55,265 nucleotides of DNA, taken from NCBI GenBank assembly GCA_031414535.1, contig JANNVQ010000032.1, positions 1-55,265 of the forward strand, given 5' to 3'. Source of the DNA: Gemmatimonas sp. (GTDB lineage Bacteria; Gemmatimonadota; Gemmatimonadetes; Gemmatimonadales; Gemmatimonadaceae). A model generated the notes under the pieces. That model saw nothing but the letters and a program-made list of their open reading frames with translations. It ran no database searches and was not told the origin of the DNA. The position numbers were made by a program, and so were the translations under genes. Shown piece after piece: positions 1-7,600 of the stretch (positions are counted from its first letter, which is position 1; every line of letters starts with the position of its first letter).

Positions 1-114
1 GGCAAGCCGACGAAGGTCGCGCTCACCGCGTGCATGCGCCGCCTACTCATCATCCTCAACGCCATGGTCCGCAAGCAGGAACGGTGGCAGGCCATCACGC
101 CCACCACCGCTTGA
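1..114 (+). mobile_element. IS110-family transposase, C-terminal end (truncated by window edge)
   Basis: Frame 1 reads GKPTKVALTACMRRLLIILNAMVRKQERWQAITPTTA*, the typical IS110 C-terminal motif (GKxxKVALxACMRKLLxILNAM); stop followed by CTTCCAACACAG, resembling a short right end. Confidence 0.85.
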
Positions 115-209
115 CTTCCAACACAGCCTCTTCGTGGTGAAAGCAGTTCTGACGGCTGCCGGAAGGAACTGATGGGGTCTTGGCGCGGGCCGGCCCTCAG
201 CTTCGGCAC

Positions 210-452
210 ATGCCCGAGCTACAGTTCACGGATTACTTCGAGCAAGAAGTTATGAGGAAGCGTCCTTACTTGCGTCGCGAGTGGTGCGCCGCCGTCCTTG
301 CGGCACCCGAGCGAGTTCAGCGCGAGGAGAATGGCCGCTGGCGATATTGGGCACGTATTGCCGCATTAGATGGTAGATTCCTTAGAGTGGTGACCCTCGA
401 AGACGGCACCACGATTCACAACGCCTTCCCCGACCGGGGCTTCCGACCGTGA
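210..452 (+). CDS. Small DUF4258-like putative toxin (BrnT/RelE-like fold)
   Basis: ATG at 210; KRPYLRREWC...GRFLRVVTLEDGTTIHNAFPDRGF; overlaps the downstream DUF2283 gene by 4 bp. Confidence 0.65.
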   Translation: MPELQFTDYFEQEVMRKRPYLRREWCAAVLAAPERVQREENGRWRYWARIAALDGRFLRVVTLEDGTTIHNAFPDRGFRP

Positions 453-661
453 GACTCAGCTACCACCGCGCTACGGACTCGCTGTACATCGATTTGGCCG
501 AGCGCCCCAGCGCTGACAGCCGCGAAATCTCGGACGGCGTCGTCTTGGATTACGACGCCGAGGGCAACCTTGTCGGCATTGACATCGATCGCGCGAGTGA
601 GAAGGTCGCGCTAAAGAGCTTGATCATCTCCGAGCTGCCGGCGCTGCAACAAACCAGCTAG
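449..661 (+). CDS. DUF2283 domain protein, putative antitoxin
   Basis: MRLSYHRATDSLYIDL...GVVLDYDAEGNLVGIDI is the DUF2283 signature. Confidence 0.85.
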   Translation: MRLSYHRATDSLYIDLAERPSADSREISDGVVLDYDAEGNLVGIDIDRASEKVALKSLIISELPALQQTS

Positions 662-717
662 GTCCGCAAAATTTCGGTCACGCAGAATCGAACGCGCACG
701 ACACATTCGCGTTCACC

Positions 718-1083
718 ATGACCGCACACAACCAAGCCCTCGGCCGCCTCGGCGAACGCATCGCCGAACGCTGGCTTCGCAAGCACGGCTACACCATCCT
801 CGCCCGCCGATTCAAGTTCGGCCGCCGCGACATTGATCTCGTCGCCCAGCGCGAGAACAACATCGCCTTCGTCGAAGTCAAAGCTCGAAAAGGCGATGAA
901 TTCGGCGATCCTGTCGAAGCCGTGCACCACCGCAAACAGCGCGAACTCACCAAGAGCGCCCAGGTCTGGATCGACCGCCACGGCCGCGCCGGCGAGCTGT
1001 ACCAATTCGATGTCGTTGGCGTCTTGGTCGCCACCGATTCGGTCAAAATCAAGCACGTCACGAATGCCTTCAACGCCGCCTGA
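718..1083 (+). CDS. yraN: YraN family (UPF0102) putative nuclease
   Basis: LGRLGERIAERWL..GYTILARRF...DIDLVA....IAFVEVKAR motif, 121 aa. Confidence 0.93.
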   Translation: MTAHNQALGRLGERIAERWLRKHGYTILARRFKFGRRDIDLVAQRENNIAFVEVKARKGDEFGDPVEAVHHRKQRELTKSAQVWIDRHGRAGELYQFDVVGVLVATDSVKIKHVTNAFNAA

Positions 1084-1087
1084 GGGC

Positions 1088-1211
1088 TGTGGATTAATGT
1101 GGAAAACAGGTGTCAGTCAGACACAAATCCACAGACTTTCCACCCTGTCGAGACCACTTAAAGCTATATGCAGTAATGAGTTGTTAGAAAATCAACATGC
1201 GGTGTTGAAAA
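1088..1211. promoter_or_regulatory. Cluster of DnaA-box-like 9-mers with an IHF-like site in an AT-rich intergenic region
   Basis: TGTGGATTA 1088-1096, TGTGGAAAA 1098-1106 (full match to TTWTNCACA), AAATCCACA 1125-1133, CTTTCCACC 1136-1144, AAATCAACA 1189-1197, TGTTGAAAA 1203-1211; TAATGAGTTGTTA 1174-1186 is one mismatch from the IHF consensus. Confidence 0.55.
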
Positions 1212-1246
1212 AATAGTCGGCAGAGAAAATTGTCGTGGATTCGCTA

Positions 1247-1319
1247 TTGACATCGGGCGAGCCCTTCGCAATATGTTCGGTGTCGGTTTGGGCCCCCAGT
1301 TTCTTCGCTACTTGTTCGG
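1247..1319 (+). promoter_or_regulatory. recA sigma70-type promoter with two CTTC-N7-GTTC repeats (candidate LexA boxes)
   Basis: TTGACA 1247-1252; CTTCGCAATATGTTCGG 1264-1280 and CTTCGCTACTTGTTCGG 1303-1319 (14/17 identical). Confidence 0.55.
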
Positions 1320-1378
1320 GGGTAGCCGGACGTCCCCTAGCTGGTAGATTCCTTTCACCTCTCGCGAGGCAACGCACG

Positions 1379-2419
1379 ATGGCTACGACTGCGGCACAGC
1401 AGGAAGACAAGAAGAAGGCACTGGGTCTCGCAGTGTCGCAGATCGAGAAGTCGTTCGGTAAGGGCGCCATCATGAAGTTGGGCGCCGAGGGCATGCGGGT
1501 GCGGGTGGACGCGATTCCGACGGGAGCGATCAACCTCGACGCTGCGATTGGTGTCGGTGGATTTCCGCGGGGACGCATCACTGAGATCTACGGGCCGGAA
1601 AGCAGCGGCAAGACGACGGTCTGTTTGCACGTGGTGGCGAATGCGCAAAAGATGGGCGGTACGGCGGCCTTCATTGACGCCGAGCATGCTCTGGATACGG
1701 ACTACGCCAAGAAGCTCGGTGTAGATGTTGAGAAACTGCTCGTTTCGCAGCCGGATACCGGCGAACAGGCGCTCGAGATTTGCGAGATCCTCGTTCGAAG
1801 CAACGCAGTGGACGTGATCGTGATTGACTCGGTGGCGGCCCTTGTTCCGAAGGCCGAAATCGAGGGTGAGATGGGCGAGTCGCACATGGGTTTGCAGGCG
1901 CGCTTGATGAGTCAGGCGCTGCGAAAGTTGACCGGTGCCATCGCTCGTTCGAACTGCTCAGTGGTGTTCATCAATCAGCTGCGTGAAAAGATCGGGGTGA
2001 TGTTTGGCAGTCCCGAGACGACCACCGGCGGAAAGGCTCTGAAATTCTACGCGTCGCTGCGGCTCGACATCCGCCGCATCGGCCCGGTGAAGGAAAAGGA
2101 AGACGTGATTGGGTCGCACGTCCGAGTGAAGGTGGTGAAGAACAAGGTGGCGGCGCCGTTCCGCCAGGCGGAGTTCGACATCATGTACGCAGAAGGCATC
2201 TCGCACACGTCGCTGCTGGTGGATATCGGCGCCGAGTCGGGCATCATCGAGAAGTCGGGCGCTTGGTACAGTTACGGCACGCAGCGAATTGGGCAGGGAC
2301 GTGAGAACGCGAAGCTCTTCCTGCGCGACAACCCGGCGGTGATGGCGGAGATTGAGGAGAAGGTGAAAGTGGTCTTGGGTATCACCAAGACTGAGGTGGC
2401 TGAAGAGGTCGAGGAGTAA
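1379..2419 (+). CDS. recA: Recombinase RecA
   Basis: GPESSGKTT Walker [48 protein letters not shown]; real start ATG 1379 after GAGG. Confidence 0.99.
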   Translation: MATTAAQQEDKKKALGLAVSQIEKSFGKGAIMKLGAEGMRVRVDAIPTGAINLDAAIGVGGFPRGRITEIYGPESSGKTTVCLHVVANAQKMGGTAAFIDAEHALDTDYAKKLGVDVEKLLVSQPDTGEQALEICEILVRSNAVDVIVIDSVAALVPKAEIEGEMGESHMGLQARLMSQALRKLTGAIARSNCSVVFINQLREKIGVMFGSPETTTGGKALKFYASLRLDIRRIGPVKEKEDVIGSHVRVKVVKNKVAAPFRQAEFDIMYAEGISHTSLLVDIGAESGIIEKSGAWYSYGTQRIGQGRENAKLFLRDNPAVMAEIEEKVKVVLGITKTEVAEEVEE

Positions 2420-2425
2420 GGACTG

Positions 2426-2489
2426 GACGGAAGACGGATGACGGAGGTTTGAGGCATCTGTTTTTAGCATCCGTCATCCGTCATCCGTC
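2426..2489. repeat. Inverted pair of heptamer tandem repeats (GACGGAW)3 ... (ATCCGTC)3
   Basis: GACGGAA GACGGAT GACGGAG 2426-2446 versus ATCCGTC x3 2469-2489; 19/21 complementary, 22-nt loop. Confidence 0.9.
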
Positions 2490-2496
2490 AGATATT

Positions 2497-2582
2497 GAGT
2501 CGGGGGTGTGATCAACAGTGAGTCGTCGGGGCCCGGAATCCCCGCCGTTCCACTGAGGGTCCGCCCCCGATTCTTTTTGTTT
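2497..2582 (+). terminator. Long imperfect hairpin (77 nt) followed by a U-tract; terminator or structured RNA
   Basis: GAGTCGGGGGTG/CGCCCCCGATTC, GATC/GGTC, CAGTG/CACTG and CGTCGGGG/CCCCGCCG nested stems, then TTTTTGTTT. Confidence 0.6.
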
Positions 2583-2583
2583 G

Positions 2584-2645
2584 GGACGGATGACGGAAGA
2601 CGGACGGGAAAAGCCGCAGTTCCTTACGTCTTCCGTCTTCCGTCC
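2584..2645. repeat. Second inverted heptamer-repeat hairpin
   Basis: GGACGGATGACGGAAGACG 2584-2602 versus CGTCTTCCGTCTTCCGTCC 2627-2645, 18/19 complementary. Confidence 0.9.
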
Positions 2646-2648
2646 GGC

Positions 2649-2698
2649 GTCAATACATATGTATTGACAAAAGCACGGAACCGCCGTACTTTCGCCCA
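2649..2698 (+). promoter_or_regulatory. Leaderless-type sigma70 promoter with a perfect 20-bp palindromic operator over the -35
   Basis: GTCAATACAT|ATGTATTGAC 2649-2668; TTGACA 2664-2669, 17-bp spacer, TACTTT 2687-2692, ATG 6 nt later. Confidence 0.75.
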
Positions 2699-3844
2699 AT
2701 GCGCTCCCCCAAATCCTCCTGGCTCCAAATCCGCGTCACCCCCGAGGAGAAGGAGCGCCTCCGTGCGCAGGCCAGCGCCGCCAAGATGGATCTCTCCACG
2801 TTTATGCTGTGGCGTGCGTCGGGACCCGACGACAGCGAGTTCAACTCGCTCATCGAGTGGATGCTGCGCACGCCGGACTCGCACGTGCCGTATGCGGAGT
2901 TTGTGGACTATCTGCGCACGCTTCCCGCCGCGCGTGGGGCAGAGATTGCGGAGCCGCCGCTTCGCTTCAGTGCACTGGCTCCGCTTCACCAGAACGAGGT
3001 GTGCGCTTTCATCGAGCACCGAGCGCTTCTCTGGGGAGTGCATCCGCCTGCTTGGGTGTTGAGCGTCCCAGCACTCGAGCGACCGCACTACGCGGGGAAT
3101 CTGATGAATCTGCGCCCCTATCATCTCGTGGTCGCGCCGGTGGTGTATCGTCGCCGCAATCTGTTCATCGAGCACGGGTTGATGGGTCGCTTGGCTACGT
3201 TGACGCCACCGGCCACACCCGCAGAGGCGGCGGCACTCGCGCGCGCGTTCCGTACCGGAGAGCCGGTGCAGTCGCGTCGTCGTATTGCGGAAGAATCTCC
3301 GCGGTATGGCGGCGCGCCGACGCTCTCGCGGGCCGACATTCTTCGACTGCTCTCTGTTCTCGATCACGAACTCGCGGAGCTGCAGCTAAAAGTTGACCTG
3401 TTGATGGTCGGCGGCGCAGTGATGACCGTCGTCTTTCAAGCTCGCGAGCAGACCAAGGATATCGACGCTGTGTTCGAACCTGCGGCGCCCGTGCGTGCCG
3501 CGGTGCAGCGCATCGCAGAGCGAGAGCACATTGCGGAGGACTGGCTGAACGACGCTGTATCGGGATTTCTCTCACCCGAGGGGCAGTACGATCCCCTCCT
3601 TGAAGGGGAGTCGTTGCGAGTGTACGTCGCGCGGGCCGACTATTTACTCGCAATGAAGATTCTGGCGATGCGGCTCGAGGGAGCCTATCAAGACGCAAAT
3701 GACATCCGCTTCCTCTGCCGCTACCTCGGCGTCTCCACCGCCGACAAAGCGATGGACATCGTCGAGCGCTACTACCCAGTCTCACGCATCTTGCCGCGCC
3801 ATCGCTTTGGGTTAGAGGAACTCCTCGGGACGGAAGACGGATGA
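2699..3844 (+). CDS. Fusion: RHH DNA-binding domain + antitoxin-like domain + DUF6036-type nucleotidyltransferase
   Basis: N-term LQIRVTPEEKERLRAQASAAKMDLSTFM (RHH, DUF1778/MobC-like); middle PPAWV...APVVYRRRNLFIE; C-term LLMVGGAVM...TKDIDAVF...WLND...LLAMKILAMR...DANDIRFL (Pol-beta-type NTase). Confidence 0.75.
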   Translation: MRSPKSSWLQIRVTPEEKERLRAQASAAKMDLSTFMLWRASGPDDSEFNSLIEWMLRTPDSHVPYAEFVDYLRTLPAARGAEIAEPPLRFSALAPLHQNEVCAFIEHRALLWGVHPPAWVLSVPALERPHYAGNLMNLRPYHLVVAPVVYRRRNLFIEHGLMGRLATLTPPATPAEAAALARAFRTGEPVQSRRRIAEESPRYGGAPTLSRADILRLLSVLDHELAELQLKVDLLMVGGAVMTVVFQAREQTKDIDAVFEPAAPVRAAVQRIAEREHIAEDWLNDAVSGFLSPEGQYDPLLEGESLRVYVARADYLLAMKILAMRLEGAYQDANDIRFLCRYLGVSTADKAMDIVERYYPVSRILPRHRFGLEELLGTEDG

Positions 3845-3849
3845 CGGAA
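3829..3849 (+). repeat. (GACGGAW)3 spanning the NTase stop and the recX start
   Basis: GACGGAA GACGGAT GACGGAA; the ATGA overlap (3841-3844) lies inside the repeat. Confidence 0.9.
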
Positions 3850-4521
3850 GAGAACAAAGCGCGGGTATCGGAACTCCGCGAGCATCCTCGCCGCCCGGGC
3901 CGCTACGAGATCACGCTCGAGCCAGCGGGCGACAAGTTGCCCGTCTCGTTGGAGATTATCGCCGAACTCAAACTCAAAGTTGGAAGGGAACTCAGCGTTG
4001 AAGAACACGCGAAGCTCCTCGCAGCGTCGCGCATCGTCGCGTGCTTCGACAAATCGCTCGCCACACTCAGCGCCCGCGCCCGCAGCAGCGCCGACCTCAA
4101 GCGCTGGCTCAAAACCAAAGAGTTCACGGAGGTCGAGATCGCGCCGACGCTAGAAAAGCTCAGCGCACTGGGGCTTCTCGACGATCTCGCCTTCGCTCGG
4201 AGCTTTGCCCGCAGCCGCCTTGCACCAAGCCGCGGGTTCGGCCCGAGGCGAGTGTCGGCAGAGCTTGCAAGGAAGGGAGTGCCACGCAGCATCACCGAGC
4301 AGGTCCTCTCGGAGTTCCAACTCGAGCGCGAAGAGGCCGACGAGCACGCGCGTGAGATGGGCGAAACGGTGGAGTCCGCCGTGGAACAGGCCGCGGCAAA
4401 AAAGCTTAAAACCTTGGCGCAGTTGGAGCCGGAAGTCCGCAAGCGCCGCCTGTACGGTTACCTCGCGAGACGCGGATTCGACGGCTCCGACATATCGGCA
4501 GTGTTGCGGCGCCTCAAATAG
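3841..4521 (+). CDS. recX: Regulatory protein RecX
   Basis: LSARARSSADLKRWL, LGLLDDLAFARSF, GPRRVSAELARKGV, KRRLYGYLARRGF; downstream of recA. Confidence 0.92.
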   Translation: MTEENKARVSELREHPRRPGRYEITLEPAGDKLPVSLEIIAELKLKVGRELSVEEHAKLLAASRIVACFDKSLATLSARARSSADLKRWLKTKEFTEVEIAPTLEKLSALGLLDDLAFARSFARSRLAPSRGFGPRRVSAELARKGVPRSITEQVLSEFQLEREEADEHAREMGETVESAVEQAAAKKLKTLAQLEPEVRKRRLYGYLARRGFDGSDISAVLRRLK

Positions 4522-4543
4522 AGGCTTTGCTCCAATCTCCCTC

Positions 4544-4568
4544 GTCCGTCATCCGTCATCCGTCCCAA
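4544..4568 (-). repeat. Inverted heptamer repeat (RTCCGTC)3 after recX
   Basis: GTCCGTC ATCCGTC ATCCGTC CCAA; 4552-4568 is the exact reverse complement of 2581-2597. Confidence 0.9.
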
Positions 4569-4615
4569 GTCAAAGCTTTGACGCCCCTCTGACGCTCCGC
4601 TGACACCTGTTCTTC

Positions 4616-7600
4616 GTGCTCGAACTGAGAACCCGTGGTACCCTCGCCGCTTCTGCCGATTCGCCCGACGGCGTCAGGCAGCTTGCCCGCGGAAAGCCCG
4701 TCGCGCTCCTCGCCTACCTGAGCGCCGCGCCCGGCCGCCGGGCCTCCCGTGAGCGCCTCGCCACGCTCCTCTGGTCTGACGGCAGCTCTGAGCAGGCCCG
4801 CCAGAACCTGCGTCAGACCGTCTGGTACATCCGCCGCAGGCTTGGCCCCGTACTGGAAGCGTCCGACGACTTCCTGACCATCACCGGCGACACCAAGGTA
4901 GATCGCGATGCCTTCGCCCTCGCCGTGCGCGAACAGCGGCTCGCCGAGGCCCTGCAACTCTACGCCGGCGACTTCATCCCAGACTTCGCCGCGCCAGGGG
5001 CCGCCGAGTTTGAGCAGTGGTGCGACGTAGAGCGTCGGCGGCTGCGCTCGCTGTTCATCGGTTGCACCGACACCCTCGCGCGCCAGGCGCTCGGTAAAGG
5101 GCAGGCGGCCAGAGCCGCTGATCTCGCCCGCCGCGCTCGCGACGTTGCGCCCTACGACCTGGCGCCGTGGCGACTCTTGCTCGAGTCGCTCGTCGCGGCG
5201 CGTGACCCCGTTGGCGCCATGGCCGAAGCCGAGAGCCTTGAGGCGATGCTCGCGGCGCAGGAGCTAGATGCCGACGATGCCACTCGCGCGGCTATGCGCA
5301 CTGCGCGAAACGCATCCAACGCCGGGCGCTCCGCATTAAGCACATCCATCGCGGCAAATGGATCCGTGGCTATCGACGAGCACGCATCTTTCTCGCCCGA
5401 GATGATTGGCCGCGAGTCGGAGTTCTCGGCCTTGCTCGAGCGCTGGGAGCTGACCAAGTCAGGGCGGGGCAGCGCTGTGCTCGTCACCGGCGTGGCGGGG
5501 TTGGGTAAGTCGCGATTACTCGCCGATCTGCACGCACGCTTGCGTGCGAGTCGCGCGAGGGCCGTCCTCGTGCGCGCAAACCCAGGGGACCGTGCCGTCG
5601 CGGGAGGATTTGCCGCCGCACTCGCCGAGTCCATCGCGCAACGTCCAGGCTCAGCTGGCATCTCATCCGAAAGCGCCGGCGTCCTCGTCGCACTCGCGCC
5701 CGCTCTGGCTTCCGTGTACACGCAGGCCTCGCCGGACCGCAGCAGCGGTGAGGACGCGCAGCGTCGCCGCGTGAGCGCGCTTCTGGAACTCCTGCGCTCC
5801 GTGAGCGAAGACTCGGCGTTGGCACTTCTTGTTGATGACCTGCACTGGGTTGATCAGGAATCCCGCCGTCTACTCGACGCCGTGGCCGCACGCCTCGAAG
5901 GTGGACGCGCGCTCTTGGTGCTCGCAGCGCGCCCACCGATCGAATCGCTGGGCGGCTTCTCTGGATTGCCACGCGTGGAACTCGCGCGACTAGATCTCGC
6001 GCGCGTTGCGGAGTTCATCGCGCGCCTCGGTGAGCTTCCACTCGAGCCTTGGGCGGCAAACTTGCCGAGCCAACTGGCGTCAGCCACGCGCGGCATACCG
6101 CTGACCATCATTGAGGCACTGCAGCGTCTCATCGAGGAGGGCTCGCTGACCTTGCGCGCGCAGCGATGGAGTTCGGCGGCGCCGGGCCGCATTGTCGAAG
6201 TCCTGCGCGACGGTGCCGTGCTTGAGAATCGCGTGCGATCTCTCTCCGCGGGGCCGCGCGAGCTGTTGCTTCTGCTCGCGACGCTCGGGCGGCCGATGCG
6301 CGCGGATGCAATCGGCGCGGACTCGCGGCTCACGGAGTTGGAGCAGCGGGGCTTCGTGGCGCGGGTGGATGGGGAACTGCACGTGGGGCACGATGAAGTG
6401 GCCGATGCGGCACTCGCGGTGGCAACGAACGACGAGCGCGAGGCGGCGCACGCGAGAGCGGCGGCGATTCTTGCGGCGGAGCCGAGTGGCGAGAGCACCC
6501 TGATGCTCGCGGCCCGTCACGCGGTGAGCGGCAACGACGCGGCATTGCTGCGACGGCTCGCCGAGCGCTGGGTGCGGGGCAAGCGCGCGGCGGGACGGGG
6601 CGATGGCGCGCAGTTGCTGCTCTCGGAACTGCTCGGAGCCGAGGTGGGCGCCCGCACGCGCGCGCTCGCGTTGTCGGGCATCTCGTGGCTTGAGCGGCCG
6701 TCGCGGATGGCGTGGCGCGTTGCGGCCGCATTCTTGTTCGTTGTCGTAAGTGTGGGCGGCCGGCTAATGATGATGTCGGGCGTCGAGCCGGACGTGGAGT
6801 ACATCGTGCGGTTGGACGGCGACACGCTGGCCTATGCGCGCATCGCGGTTTCCGATATCGATATCTGGAACCGCGACGAGCCGGTGAGGGCGGAACTGCT
6901 CGAGCCCAGCGAGTTGCCGGAGTACCTCGCGATTGAGCAGCGCGTACGCCTGACGGCGCTACCAGATGGCAGCGGCTTGATGGGGACCGCATTCTTCCCC
7001 GACAGCGGTGGCGACGAGGTGGTCTTCGTGGACGAACGTGGTCAACTACAGAGACCGATGTACTCGTCCGGTGACGACAACGGATTGGCGCCCAGCCCAG
7101 ACGGGCGCTTCTTTGCGTTTTCCACCGCGCGGTGGAACAAAAGCACCGATCGTTATCAAGTGGCAATTTACGACCGCACGACTCAAACGGTGCGTCGTGT
7201 CACGAACAGCGGTGACTACGACTCGAGTCCATTCTGGAGTCCCGACGGCACGCGCCTAGCATTCCTGCGCAATTCGTTCACCAAGGTTGCACCGCTACAA
7301 CTCTGCGTGATTGCAGTGGACGGCAAGGATGAACGCTGCGATTGGCCTAGCATCAGCGATGGCGTGGGGCTACACGGATGGGTGGACGACGTGCGCGTCA
7401 TGGTCGAAGAGGTGTTCACGGGTCGCAACTTCATCTACAACCTTGAGACGCACGAACGGGAAAGCTCACTCGACGGTAACATCTTTGGCGAGCAGATTGC
7501 GCGGGTAGTGCTCGTCGGCAGCCGCGAGTCTGGTGGGGGTCTATTGCTTGCGCGACCCGAGATTCGGGGTGCGGAGCGTCGCGTACTGCTGAACGGTCGC

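Noticed and set aside
667..677. 11-bp match (CCGAAATTTTG, reverse strand) with 52450-52460
   Set aside because: One short match between unrelated regions; not distinguishable from chance
1088..1211. Definitive oriC call
   Set aside because: No dnaA, dnaN or gidA context and no clear DnaA-trio/DUE; skew cannot be evaluated from this window, so it is kept only as a candidate DnaA locus
1235..1378. 48-aa N-terminal extension of RecA in the ORF track
   Set aside because: It covers the promoter; RecA homology and a GAGG ribosome-binding site point to ATG 1379
2497..2573. Rod hairpin with a CCGGAA loop as SRP (4.5S) RNA or 6S RNA
   Set aside because: Lacks the CAGG/AGCAG internal loop of SRP helix 8 and is too short for 6S
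2426..2645. Repeats as a CRISPR array
   Set aside because: Units are 7-bp tandem repeats in alternating orientation, with no repeat-spacer periodicity and no cas genes
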